The notes beneath the pieces are model-generated. The model was not told the DNA's origin. It worked only from the letters and a program-made list of their open reading frames with translations, and made no database searches. A stretch of 64,000 nucleotides of DNA from Macrostomum lignano (lineage: Eukaryota): contig NIVC01000700.1 of NCBI GenBank assembly GCA_002269645.1, positions 186,001-250,000 of the forward strand. Reading direction: 5' to 3'. Every line of letters starts with the position of its first letter. Position 1 is the stretch's first letter. This document shows positions 48,286 through 60,858 of this stretch, piece by piece. The translations under genes were made by a program, and so were the position numbers.

Positions 48286-48844
48286 ATTCCTTGCTGGCCA
48301 TATGAATGGATTATCGATTTTCACTTTTATAATTTCAGTCAATAATCAATCAATATTTTCCCGAGTTTCTGTGTGCCCCCATCCCAGTCAGTCTCATTTA
48401 ACAGCACATCTATTGCAGATTCGTTCGGCCATGTTGGGGGCAGCAACTGAGAACTTGAAAGCATCTCGCAGCAATGCCCCCAGATCATGCACGGCCCGCA
48501 GCAGGCACAGGAGGCGTTGCAGTGCTGCACTGCAGCCCAGGCATTGGTATGGGCGCAGTCTGAAACTCTGGTCTGTTTGCTTAGGGCCAACAAAGTCGAG
48601 CCCGAGCTGCTAGTGGCCGCGCGAGGACACAAAGCATTTCCCGTCTTAAACTGGCATGGCGCGGTTTGTTTTGTCAGAACGCGCGCTAGACAAGAGAGAC
48701 TGGCTGTCTGGGGGTCTCTGAGCTCAACATTTGTACAGGATAGTTTATAGGCCTCTATATTACATGTCTGACTTTTCATTGCATTCAAGTATTTTGGCTA
48801 GTTTTACTTTGCAATTTTAATTGATCATCTTGTACCCTTCCTAT

Positions 48845-51800
48845 CTTGTCTCCCTCTCCTCTCAGTGTCTCCCCCTCTCTCAGTGTCTCCCCCTCTCTCA
48901 GTGTCTCCCTCTCTCTCAGTTTCTCCCTCTCCTCTCAGTGTCTCCCTCTCCTCTCAGTGTCTCCCTCTCCTCTCAGTATCTCCCTCTCCTCTCAGTGTCT
49001 CCCTCTCCTCTCAGTGTCTCCCTCTCCTCTCAGTGTCTCCATCTCTCTCAGTGTGTCCCTCTCTAAGTGTCTCCCTGTCTCAGTGTCTCCCCCTCAGTGT
49101 CTCCTTCTCTCTCAGTGTCTTCCTCTCTCTCAGTGTCTTCCTCTCTCTCTCTCAGTGTCTCCCTCTCTCTCAGTGTCTCCCCCTCTCTCAGTGTCACCCT
49201 CTCCTCTCAGTGTCTCCCTCTCCTCTCAGTGTCTCCCTCTCCTCTCAGTGTCTCCCTGTCTCAGTGTCTCCCCCTCAGTGTCTCCTTCTCTCTCAGTGTC
49301 TTCCTCTCTCTCAGTGTCTTCCTCTCTCTCTCTCAGTGTCTCCCTCTCTCTCAGTGTCTCCCCCTCTCTCAGTGTCACCCTCTCCTCTCAGTGTCTCCCT
49401 CTCCTCTCAGTGTCTCCCTCTCCTCTCAGTGTCTCCCTCTCCTCTCAGTGTCTCCCTCTCCTCTCAGTGTCTCCCTCTCTCTCAGTGTCTCCCTCTCCTC
49501 TCAGTGTCTCCCTCTCCTCTCAGTGTCTCCCTCTCTCTCAGTGTCTCCATCTCTCTCAGTGTCTCTTTCTCTCTCAGTGTCTCTCTCTCTCTCTCAGTGT
49601 CTCCCTCTCCTCTCAGCGTCTCTCAGTGTCTCCCTCTCTCTCAGTGTCTCCCTCTCTCTCAGTGTCTCTTTCTCTCTCAGTGTCTCTTTCTCTCTCAGTG
49701 TCTCTCTCTCTCTCAGTGTCTCTTTCTCTCTCAGTGTCTCTTTCTCTCTCAGTGTCTCCCTCTCCTCTCAGCGTCTCTCAGTGTCTCTCTCTCTCTCTCA
49801 GTGTCTCTCTCTCTCTCAGTGTCTCTCTCTCTCAGTGTCTCCCTCTCCTTTCAGTGTCTCCCCCTCTCTCAGTGTCTCTTTCTCTCTCAGTGTCTCTCTC
49901 TCTCTCAGTGTCTCTTTCTCTCTCAGTGTCTCCCTCTCCTCTCAGCGTCTCTCAGTGTCTCTCTCTCTCTCTCTCTCAGTGTCTCCCTCTCTCTCAGTGT
50001 CTCCATCTCTCTCAGTGTCTCTTTCTCTCTCAGTGTCTCTCTCTCTCTCTCTCTCAGTGTCTCCCTCTCCTCTCAGCGTCTCTCAGTGTCTCTCTCTCTC
50101 CCTCTCAGTGTCTCTCTCTCTCTCAGTGTCTCCCTCTCTCTCAGTGTCTCCCTCTCTCTCAGTGTCTCCCTCTCTCTCAGTGTCTCTTTCTCTCTCAGTG
50201 TCTCTTTCTCTCTCAGTGTCTCTCTCTCTCTCAGTGTCTCTTTCTCTCTCAGTGTCTCTTTCTCTCTCAGTGTCTCCCTCTCCTCTCAGCGTCTCTCAGT
50301 GTCTCTCTCTCTCTCTCTCAGTGTCTTTCTCTCTCTCAGTGTCTCTCTCTCTCAGTGTCTCCCTCTCCTTTCAGTGTCTCCCCCTCTCTCAGTGTCTCTT
50401 TCTCTCTCAGTGTCTCTCTCTCTCTCAGTGTCTCTTTCTCTCTCAGTGTCTCCCTCTCCTCTCAGCGTCTCTCAGTGTCTCTCTCTCTCTCTCTCTCTCA
50501 GTGTCTCCCTCTCTCTCAGTGTCTCCCTCTCTCTCAGTGTCTCCATCTCTCTCAGTGTCTCTTTCTCTCTCAGTGTCTCTCTCTCTCTCTCAGTGTCTCC
50601 CTCTCCTCTCAGCGTCTCTCAGTGTCTCTCTCTCTCTCTCTCAGTGTCTCTCTCTCCCTCTCAGTGTCTCCCTCTCCTCTCAGTGTCTCCCCCTCTCTCA
50701 GTGTCTCCCCCTCTCTCAGTGTCTCCCTCTCTCTCAGTTTCTCCCTCTCCTCTCAGTGTCTCCCTCTCCTCTCAGTGTCTCCCTCTCCTCTCAGTATCTC
50801 CCTCTCCTCTCAGTGTCTCCCTCTCCTCTCAGTGTCTCCCTCTCCTCTCAGTGTCTCCATCTCTCTCAGTGTGTCCCTCTCTAAGTGTCTCCCTGTCTCA
50901 GTGTCTCCCCCTCAGTGTCTCCTTCTCTCTCAGTGTCTTCCTCTCTCTCAGTGTCTTCCTCTCTCTCTCTCAGTGTCTCCCTCTCTCTCAGTGTCTCCCC
51001 CTCTCTCAGTGTCACCCTCTCCTCTCAGTGTCTCCCTCTCCTCTCAGTGTCTCCCTCTCCTCTCAGTGTCTCCCTCTCCTCTCAGTGTCTCCCTCTCTCT
51101 CAGTGTCTCCCTCTCCTCTCAGTGTCTCCCTCTCCTCTCAGTGTCTCCCTCTCTCTCAGTGTCTCCATCTCTCTCAGTGTCTCTTTCTCTCTCAGTGTCT
51201 CTCTCTCTCTCTCAGTGTCTCCCTCTCCTCTCAGCGTCTCTCAGTGTCTCTCTCTCTCTCTCAGTGTCTCTCTCTCTCTCTCTCAGTGTCTCTCTCTCTC
51301 TCTCTCAGTGTCTCTTTCTCTCTCAGTGTCTCTTTCTCTCTCAGTGTCTCTTTCTCTCTCAGTGTCTCTCTCTCTCTCAGTGTCTCCCTCTCCTCTCAGT
51401 GTCTCCCTCTCTCTCAGTGTCTCCCTCTCTCTCAGTGTCTCTCTCTCTCTCTCAGTGTCTCTCTCTCTCTCAGTGTCTCTTTCTCTCTCAGTGTCTCTCT
51501 CTCTCTCAGTGTCTCCCTCTCTCTCAGTGTCTCCCTCTCTCTCAGTGTCTCCCTCTCTCTCAGTGTCTCCCTCTCTCTCAGTGTCTCTTTCTCTCTCAGT
51601 GTCTCTTTCTCTCTCAGTGTCTCCCTCTCCTCTCAGTGTCTCCCTCTCTCTCAGTGTCTCGTTCTCTCTCAGTGTCTCTCTCTCTCTCAGTGTCTCCCTC
51701 TCTCTCAGTGTCTCCCTCTATCTCAGTGTCTCCATCTCTCTCAGTGTCTCTTTCTCTCTCAGTGTCTCTCTCTCTCTCTCAGTGTCTCCCTCTCCTCTCA

Positions 51801-52430
51801 GCGTCTCTCAGTGTCTCTCTCTCTCTCTCAGTGTCTCTCTCTCCCTCTCAGTGTCTCTCTCTCTCTCAGTGTCTCCCTCTCTCTCAGTGTCTCCCTCTCT
51901 CTCAGTGTCTCCCTCTCTCTCAGTGTCTCTTTCTCTCTCAGTGTCTCTTTCTCTCTCAGTGTCTCTCTCTCTCTCAGTGTCTCTTTCTCTCTCAGTGTCT
52001 CTTTCTCTCTCAGTGTCTCCCTCTCCTCTCAGCGTCTCTCAGTGTCTCTCTCTCTCTCTCTCAGTGTCTCTCTCTCTCAGTGTCTCTCTCTCTCAGTGTC
52101 TCCCTCTCCTTTCAGTGTCTCCCCCTCTCTCAGTGTCTCTTTCTCTCTCAGTGTCTCTCTCTCTCTCAGTGTCTCTTTCTCTCTCAGTGTCTCCCTCTCC
52201 TCTCAGCGTCTCTCAGTGTCTCTCTCTCTCTCTCAGTGTCTCCCTCTCTCTCAGTGTCTCCCTCTTTCTGTGTCTCCCACTCAGTGTCTCCCACTCAGTG
52301 TCTCCCACTCAGTGTCTCCCACTCAGTGCCTCCCACTCAGTGTCTCCCCCTCAGTCTCTCCCCCTCAGTGTCTCCCCCTCAGAGTGTCCCCCTCAGTGTC
52401 TTCCCCTCAGTGTCTCCCCTCTCTCCTTGT
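48845..52430. repeat. (CT)n-CAGTGT compound satellite, 3.6 kb, with internal higher-order duplications
   Basis: Distinctive variant blocks recur, for example at 49050 and 50870. Confidence 0.97.
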
Positions 52431-53104
52431 CTCACACTCAATCTTCAATCGCTACATCCCAAGCCCACAGCTCAATCATGAAAATTTGCAACTATAGAGC
52501 GCAGCCTACCTAACCAAGGTGAGACAATGGTTAGCCAGCCAAGTCGATAAGAATGCAAGAATCGCTGAGGCAGGGAAGACTGCAGGCGTGACAGAAAATG
52601 GTGGAGGAAATGCAGTTCTGCCGCCAACCCTCGGTCGGGCAAGCATGACTCACCCCAGAAGCAGGTTTCGCTCTGCTTTTAGTTTAGTGAAGTGAGTTAC
52701 CTGGCCGCTGAACTTCAGTCAGAGAAGCGGGATTTCCCTCCCCCTATTGCCCTGGGAATCCGGTGAGGTACCCCTCTACCCCTCCTATTTGGCACGTCTC
52801 ATGTCCTCCCAGCCTCAGCTTGAGCACTCAAGTGGACTGCCGCGGACCCAAATTGAGACGAGTTGGATGAAATTCTAAGGAAGGAAGGGGATCGGGACTG
52901 CCTTGGCTCTCACCCGGAGATCATCTGCAAATAGGGCAGAGTAGCTGTGATACATCTGCTACTCATCTGAGCTCTCCTGCCCGACTAGGACTTGAGAGCT
53001 GTCTCAGATGGGCATGAATTATTTCAATTTACCTGCTCTACTCTGGGGTAGGGTCTGCCGGGAAAGTTCTGAGTGACACTCAATGTGAATAAGCAGATTA
53101 ATTA

Positions 53105-54090
53105 CAATGAGAAGGAGACAGTGAGACAGGAGACAATGAAAGGGGGAGACAATGAGAGGGGAGACAATGAGAGGGGAGACAATGAGAGGGGAGACAATGA
53201 GAGGGGAGACAATGAGAGGGGGAGACAATGAGAGTGGAGATAATAAGAGGGGAGACAGTGAGAGGGGAGACAATGAGAGGGGAGACAATAAGAGGGGAGA
53301 CAATGAGAGGGGAGACAATGAGAGTGGAGATAATAAGAGGGGAGACAGTGAGAGGGGAGACAATGAGAGGGGAGACAATGAGAGGGGAGACAATGAGAGG
53401 GGAGACAATGAGAGGGGAGACAATGAGAGGGGAGACAATGAGAGGGGAGACAATGAGAGGGGAGACAATGAGAGGAGAGACAATGAGAGGGGAGACAATG
53501 AGAGGAGAGACAATGAGAGGGGAGACAATGAGAGGGGAGACAATGAGAGGGAGACAATGAGAGGGAGATACTGAGAGAGTGAGACAATGAGCGAGGGAAA
53601 CACTGAGAGAGAGAGACAATGAGAGGGAGACAATGAGAGGGATACAATGAGAGGGAGATACTGAGAGAGTGAGACAATGAGCGAGGGAAACACTGAGAGA
53701 GAGAGACAATGAGAGGGAGACAATGAGAGGGAGGGAGATACTGAGAGGGAGACACTGAGAGATTGAGGCACTGAACGAGGGAAACACTGAGAGAGGGAAA
53801 CACTGGGAGAGGGAGACAATAAGAGGGAGATACTGAGAACAAGACAATGAGAGGGAGACATTGAGAGGGAGACAATGAGAGGGAGACAATGAGAGGGAGA
53901 CAATGAGAGGGAGACAATGAGAGGGAGACAATGAGAGGGAGACAATGAGAGGGAGACAATGATAGGGAGACAATGAGAGGGAGACAATGAGAGGGAGACA
54001 ATGAGAGGGAGACAATGAGAGGGAGACAATGAGAGGGAGACAATGAGAGGGAGACAATGAGAGGGAGACAATGAGAGGGAGACAATGAGA
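53105..54090. repeat. 14/15-bp purine repeat (GACAATGAGAGGG(G)A)
   Basis: Directly visible tandem array. Confidence 0.96.
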
Positions 54091-54744
54091 GGGAGGTCAT
54101 GCGAGCGAAAGCAATTCCCAAAAACAGTATCAGAAAAACAATTTGCGAAATGTGCGAAGATTTCTTACAAGGGAAGCTGGGGCTTCGGTTTTAAGCGCAG
54201 ATCGGTGATCAGGGGTCGGGGGTTCATTTCGAAAAAGAATCGGCTAAGATCTGCTTTTAACGGGTGTAGGTGGCTCAGAACCGCGCCCGGAATCAGTTCG
54301 ACATGAAAAACCTGAAGTGAAAGGAAGTCGGTCGGTATGGGGATGAAAAGGAGAGGAGGAGAGGGGAACTGGGAGAACGGGAAAGAGCCGATCCCCCACC
54401 TGTTCCGTGTGCCAACGAAGCCGGGCTTAAACCCCCTCTGCCTGTCTCTCACACTCAATTCATTCGCTCTGTTCCGCTCTGACTACAAGCACAACCCCCT
54501 TTGCCCTGATATGGGTATTAGTCAGGGGGATTAGGGCTACACATGGGTTTCTATACTTCTAGACAATGCTTTTTAGAAACTGCATATGGACAAAAATGGT
54601 CAGATTAAAAAAATGTCTGCTTCAGATTGGGTGAATTTTTATATTGTATTTTTGTTAATATTAATAAACTGTCAACACCGACTGCTAAAATTTTAATAGA
54701 TATTTTCTTTTATTTCCTCTCAGCTTAAAAACGAAAAATACAAA

Positions 54745-55130
54745 AAGGTGTAGACAAGGAGATAGACAGGGGGTAGACAAAAGGGTAGACAAATAGGGTA
54801 GACAGAAGCGTAGACAAAAGGGTAGACAAAAGGGTAGCCAAAAGGGTAGACAGAAGCGTAGACAAAAGGGTAGACAAAAGGGTAGCCAAATGGGGTAGAC
54901 AAAAGGGTAGACAAAAGGGCAGACAAAAGGGTAGCCAAAAGGGTAGCCAAATGGGGTAGACAAAAGGGTAGACAAAATGGTAGACAAAAGCGTAGACAAA
55001 AGGGTAGCCAAATGGGGTAGACAAAAGGGTAGAAAAAATGTTAGACAAAAGGGTAGACAAAATGTTAGACAAAAGGGTAGACAAAAGGGTAGACAAAAGG
55101 GTAGAAAAAAGGTTAGAAAAAAGGGTAGCC
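54745..55130. repeat. 12-bp repeat (GGGTAGACAAAA)
   Basis: Directly visible tandem array. Confidence 0.92.
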
Positions 55131-55679
55131 AAATGCATGGGGTTGACAAGGTAAATGGAGTGATTGGCAGATAATGCAGAGCCATACATGGCGATTTTCC
55201 CTAGGCCAGATATTTGTATCAAAGGTCTCCATGGATTGGACCTGAGGATCGGGGGGGGGGGGGGGGGGGTCAGGTTGACTGGGGGGATCCAGCGCTGCAA
55301 ATTCTCCAACTAAGGCAGGAGTGAATTCACCCAGTTCATATTCAGAGGGGTTAGGAGATGGGCCGGCAGGCAGGTTAGCGGGCGGAAATTCTGGCCAGGG
55401 TAAAAAATCGTAGTTGGGAGAAAATTCGACAGGATGAAGGGGAGCGGTGGTGGTGGAGTCTGCGGCTCGGCACCTGCGCTAATCAGCCGGGTCGCGGTGT
55501 CCGGGGGGCTGGGGAATCTTCCCCTTTTTCGCCTCCTTCGGCCCTCCAGCCTGGTTCATACACGATGCGCCTGGTTCTTTTTTGTAATTAAGACGCGGCG
55601 AAAAAATACGGCTGAATAATGACCGGCTACTGCAGCCCCAACAGCTGATATGGGGACTTGATGGGTCGGGAGTGCTGCT

Positions 55680-56390
55680 GGGACAGACAGGGACAGACAG
55701 TGAGAGACAGGGAGAGACAGGGAGAGACAGGGATAGACAGGGAGAGACAGGGAGAGACAGGGAGAGACAGGGAGAGACAGGCGAGAGACAGGGATAGACA
55801 GGGATAGACAGGGATAGACAGGGATAGACAGGCGAGAGATAGGGAGAGACAGGGATAGACAGGGATAGACAGGGATAGACAGGGATAGACAGGCGAGAGA
55901 CAGGGAGAGACAGGGATAGACAGGGATAGACAGGGATAGACAGGCGAGAGACAGGCGAGAGACAGGGGAGAGACAGGGATAGACAGGGAGAGACAGGGGA
56001 GAGACAGGGGAGAGACAGGGATAGACAGAAATAGACAGGGAGAGACAGGGAGAGACAGGGAGAGACAGGCGAGAGACTCAGTCAGTCAGTCAGTCAGTCA
56101 GTCAGTCAGTCAGTCAGTCAGTCAGTCAGTCAGTCAGTCAGTCAGTCAGTCAGTCAGTCAGTCAGTCAGTCAGTCAGTCAGTCAGTCAGTCAGTCAGTCA
56201 GTCAGTCAGTCAGTCAGTCAGTCAGTCAGTCAGTCAGTCAGTCAGTCAGTCAGTCAGTCAGTCAGTCAGTCAGTCAGTCAGTCAGTCAGTCAGTCAGTCA
56301 GTCAGTCAGTCAGTCAGTCAGTCAGTCAGTCAGTCAGTCAGTCAGTCAGTCAGTCAGTCAGTCAGTCAGTCAGTCAGTCAGTCAGTCAGT
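55680..56390. repeat. 10-bp AGACAGGGA(G/T) repeat joined directly to a perfect (CAGT)n microsatellite (56079-56390)
   Basis: Directly visible. Confidence 0.96.
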
Positions 56391-56839
56391 TCCAGTCTCC
56401 GTCCATTTTAAAAATCGACTGAATTTGCGCACTTCGAGGATTTCAGATAAAATTTGCGTCCAAAAACTTCGACATTTTAATGGGAGAAAAGATATTACGC
56501 ATAGAAAAATTCTGCTACGTCTGAAAATATGAGAATTTTCAATTTTTGCACAAAATATACGATATTTCACTGCTTTTTAGCGCGCACTTTGCGGTCTGAT
56601 GTAGACGGGAGGCTGGGCAGGCATGCAGCTGAAGTGGACTGCGGTGACTCACCCCTCCCTTCTAGGATTGCCCGTCCCGCTGCGCTACATTCGAACTGAC
56701 CCATTTTTCCCAATTCCTGCTGCCTGCTTGGCGAAATGGACAGGTGTCTGCGTGCCGGTGTGCCGCGCCTTGGCTCTGGGAAGCGCGGGGAGCGAACTGC
56801 GATTGGGGGCGAGGCGCTGTCCTTCAGGGGCAAGCAGTC

Positions 56840-57535
56840 ATCCTTCAGTGGGAGTGAGGCGCCACCCTTCAATGGGGTGAGGCGCCATCCTTCAGTGGGG
56901 GTAAGTTGCCATCCTTCAGTGGGGTGAGGCGCCACCCTTCAATGGGGTGAGGCGCCATCCTTCAGTGGGGGTAAGTTGCCATCCTTCAGTGGGGTGAGGC
57001 GCCATCCTTCAGTGGGGTGAGGCGCCATCCTTCAGTGGGGTGAGGCGCCATCCTTCAGTGGGGGTGAGGCGCCATCCTTCAGTGGGGTGAGGCGCCATCC
57101 TTCAGTGGGGGTGAGGCGCCATCCTTCAGTGGGGTGAGGCGCCATCCTTCAGTGGGGTGAGGCGCCATCCTTCAGTGGGGGTGAGGCGCCATCCTTCAGT
57201 GGGGTGAGGCGCCATCCTTCAGTGGGGGTGAGGCGCCATCCTTCAGTGGGGGTGAGGCGCCATCCTTCAGTGGGGGTGAGGCGCCATCCTTCAGTGGGGG
57301 TGAGGCGCCATCCTTCAGTGGGGTGAGGCGCCATCCTTCAGTGGGGGTGAGGCGCCATCCTTCAATGGGGGTGAGGCGCCATCCTTCAGTGGGGGTGAGG
57401 CGCCATCCTTCAGTGGGGGTGAGGCGCCATCCTTCAGTGGGGGTGAGGCGCCATCCTTCAGTGGGGTGAGGCGCCATCCTTCAGTGGGGTGAGGCGCCAT
57501 CCTTCAGTGGGGGTGAGGCGCCATCCTTCAGTGGT
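56840..57535. repeat. 23/24-bp minisatellite (GGGG(G)TGAGGCGCCATCCTTCAGT)
   Basis: Units differ mainly in G-run length. Confidence 0.96.
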
Positions 57536-58204
57536 CAGTCTTCATATAATAGACCGCAATCTTTTTCGGTCTCAACATCTCAACAGGCCGCAGAGTTTAA
57601 GCGGTGCCCCGTAGCAGATGAAACGGCAACACAGCATAACATAAAGATTTTAGAGAAAAAAGAACTAGAAAATAAGAAAGCGATAAGGTGACCCCTGCAG
57701 TGACCCGTTTGGGGCCAGCTTGAAAGAGCGAGAGGAGAGCAGAGCAGGGGCTCAGTCTCAGGCGGGGTCAGAGAATTATTGCAAATGCCGCCTGCAGGGT
57801 GTCAGTCACGCTGACCCGAGCTGGGGGCCCTGGCGGGTCAGCAGCCTCTTTACTCATTTCACGCCCAGACCCCAACTCAGAGCTCTAACTACAATACCAT
57901 ACCAGCCGTATGTCATATAACTATTTTTAGCTCCAAGGGTTGAAGTCACGCATATTTTGCCGGCAAAGTGACTTGAGTGAATGAATGAGTAGAGGGAGGA
58001 GGGGGTGGTTCGAGATGAACAAAGCGAGGGACTTAACCGCAAAGTTATTTTCAAATTTTACTGGGGTCATCATCTCACTCCACGCTGTGCTTTCTTTGTT
58101 ATTTATCACTGTTATTGTTGATTATTTTTTGACAGATGCAGCAATGTCAATCAATCAAAATGTCTATGCCTCATTCTCTGCCTCTGTACCGCCACTCCCC
58201 TCCC

Positions 58205-59420
58205 AGCAGCCTGTGTGCTCATATTGCAGTCTGTGTACTCCCCTCCCAGTCTGTGTGCTCATACTCCAGTCTGTGTGCTCCCCTCCCAGTCTGTGTGCTC
58301 ATATTCCAGTCTGTGTGCTCATACTCCAGTCTGTGTGCTCCCCTCCCAGTCTGTGTGCTCATATTCCAGTCTGTGTGCTCATATTCCAGTCTGTGTGCTC
58401 ATACTCCAGTCTGTGTGCTCCCCTCCCAGTCTGTGTGCTCATATTCCAGTCTGTGTGCTCATATTCCAGTCTGTGTGCTCATACTCCAGTCTGTGTGCTC
58501 ATACTCCAGTCTGTGTGCTCATACTCCAGTCTGTGTGCTCATACTCCAGTCTGTGTGCTCATACTCCAGTCTGTGTGCTCATATTCCAGTCTGTGTGCTC
58601 ATACTCCAGTCTGTGTGCTCATACTCCAGTCTGTGTGCTCATACTCCAGTCTGTGTGCTCATACTCCAGTCTGTGTGCTCATACTCCAGTCTGTGTGCTC
58701 ATACTCCAGTCTGTGTGCTCATACTCCAGTTTGTGTGCTCATACTTCAGTATGTGTGCTCATATTCCAGTCTGTGTGCTCATATTCCAGTCTGTGTGCTC
58801 ATACTTCAGTCTGTGTGCTCATACTCCAGTCTGTGTGCTCATATTCCAGTCTGTGTGCTCATACTCCAGTCTGTGTGTTCATACTCCAGTCTGTGTGCTC
58901 ATACTCCAGTCTGTGTGCTCATATTCCAGTCTGTGTGCTCCCCTCTCAGTCTGTGTGCTCATACTCCAGTCTGTGTGCTCATACTCCAGTCTGTATGCTC
59001 CCCTCTCAGTCTGTGTGCTCATATTCCAGTCTGTGTGCTCATACTCCAGTCTGTGTGCTCATACTCCAGTCTGTGTGCTCATACTCCAGTCTGTGTGCTC
59101 ATACTCCAGTCTGTGTGCTCATACTCCAGTCTGTGTGCTCATACTCCAGTCTGTGTGCTCATACTCCAGTCTGTGTGCTCATACTCCAGTCTGTGTGCTC
59201 ATACTCCAGTCTGTGTGCTCATACTCCAGTCTGTGTGCTCATACTCCAGTCTGTGTGCTCATACTCCAGTCTGTGTGCTCATACTCCAGTCTGTGTGCTC
59301 ATACTCCAGTCTGTGTGCTCATACTCCAGTCTGTGTGCTCATACTCCAGTCTGTGTGCTCATACTCTAGTCTGTGTGCTCATACTCCAGTCTGTGTGCTC
59401 ATACTTCAGTCTGTGTGCTT
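58205..59420. repeat. 20-bp minisatellite (CTGTGTGCTCATACTCCAGT)
   Basis: Directly visible tandem array. Confidence 0.97.
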
Positions 59421-60324
59421 TTTATTATTTTAAATTCCTGCCAGCAGCAATGGAATGAGTCAGTTGTCAGTGAACTCTTATTCAGCAAAGTTCGCTTGTG
59501 CCACAACTGCCAGCACTAAAAATACTCAGATAGACTTCAATTTTCTTCGATTCCTGTCTAAGAAGAAAAATGAGAAATTCGAGTTTGGTCCTGCAGTGTC
59601 GCTTTCGCTTGCAGAGGAAATCTAGTTCGACTTCTTCATTGCTTTTTCTAGCGAGAGAGCCGTCTCCTGGGCGAGCGAAAAAGTAGATTAACTCAATTTC
59701 TCCCGGAGAATATCAGACCAAGTCCAAGAGAGAAAAATTTCTCAGGCGAAGCAAAGATTATCAGCTCGATTAGGTTAGTTCAGGCCGGGAGTCTCCGCGC
59801 CTTTTGGGAATCAGAAATTTTGCCCGCATAGCAACCAGACTCGGGATTTTGAATTGCTGGAGTTCATCTGAGCAGTGTTGGTTGGAGTGGAACTTTTCAA
59901 TAACAGGCGGCGGCCACAGATTTTATTGGTTTGAAATTGAACCGTAAAACGTATGAGCAAAAATAATTCAAATGTTTTGTTCGTTGCTATTCGAAACAAT
60001 CAAAACGGCAAGTCAAAAAAATGATTAAAAAATCACTTGACATTTTTTTAGAAAAAAGATTTTTTTCGTGATTTTTTATGCAGGAACAATTCTAAAATGG
60101 AGCGAAGGCTTTCCATTATTTTTCTAAAGTACCTTCTATCTCTCAGAAACATTCAAGCCGTGAGAGCCGTGATAGATGCAAGCTATGAAAACAAAAGGAA
60201 ATTGAGGAAATGCTTGCTATTTTTAGCTTGAAAGCAAGGAACTCGTGGCTAGGGAAGGTAGGAGGAAATACAATGAAGCGACTTAATTACGAAGTGCCGG
60301 TGGCATGCAAATGGCTACTAGGAC

Positions 60325-60855
60325 ATAGACAGAATTGGTCATAGACAGAATAGGTCATAGACAGAATTGGTCATAGACAGAATAGGTCATAGACAGAATT
60401 GGTCATAGAGAGAATAGGTCATAGACAGGATAGGTCATAGACAGAATGGGTCATAGACAGGATAGGTCATAGACAGAATGGGTCATAGACAGAATGGGTC
60501 ATAGACATAATGGGTCATAGGCAGAATGGGTCATAGACAGAATAGGTCATAGACAGAAATGATCATAGGCAGAATTGGTCATAGACAGAATCGGTCATAG
60601 ACAGAATCGGTCATAGACAGAATCGGTCATAGACAGAATCGGTCATAGACAGAATCGGTCATAGACAGAATCGGTCATAGACAGAATGGATCATAGACAG
60701 AATTGGTCATAGACAGAATCGGTCATATACAGAATCGGTCATAGACAGGATCGATCATAGACAGAATCGGTCATAGACAGAATCGGTCATATACAGAATC
60801 GGTCATAGACAGGATCGATCATAGACAGAGTCGGTCACAGAGTAAGTCATAGACT
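60325..60855. repeat. 16-bp minisatellite (CATAGACAGAATCGGT)
   Basis: Tandem array abutting the candidate donor at 60858. Confidence 0.95.
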
Positions 60856-60858
60856 CAC

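Noticed and set aside
46760-48301. (EKEA)n coiled-coil-like 292-aa ORF on the - strand, plus (LCLL)n and (SASF)n frames on +
   Set aside because: All arise from one 9/12-bp repeat. The EKEA frame is broken by a TAG at 47423 and has no credible flanking splice sites.
48846-52513. ORFs over 1200 aa
   Set aside because: The CT/CAGTGT satellite lacks stop codons by composition.
57985-58200. TM-like stretch GVIISLHAVLSLLFITVIVDYFL at the head of a 482-aa ORF
   Set aside because: The T-rich sequence explains the hydrophobicity, the rest of the ORF is a 20-bp repeat, and there is no supporting exon chain.
56840-59420. Regular 20-24-bp repeats as possible CRISPR arrays
   Set aside because: Head-to-tail units with no unique spacers, no cas genes and a eukaryotic context. 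The same applies to all arrays in the window.
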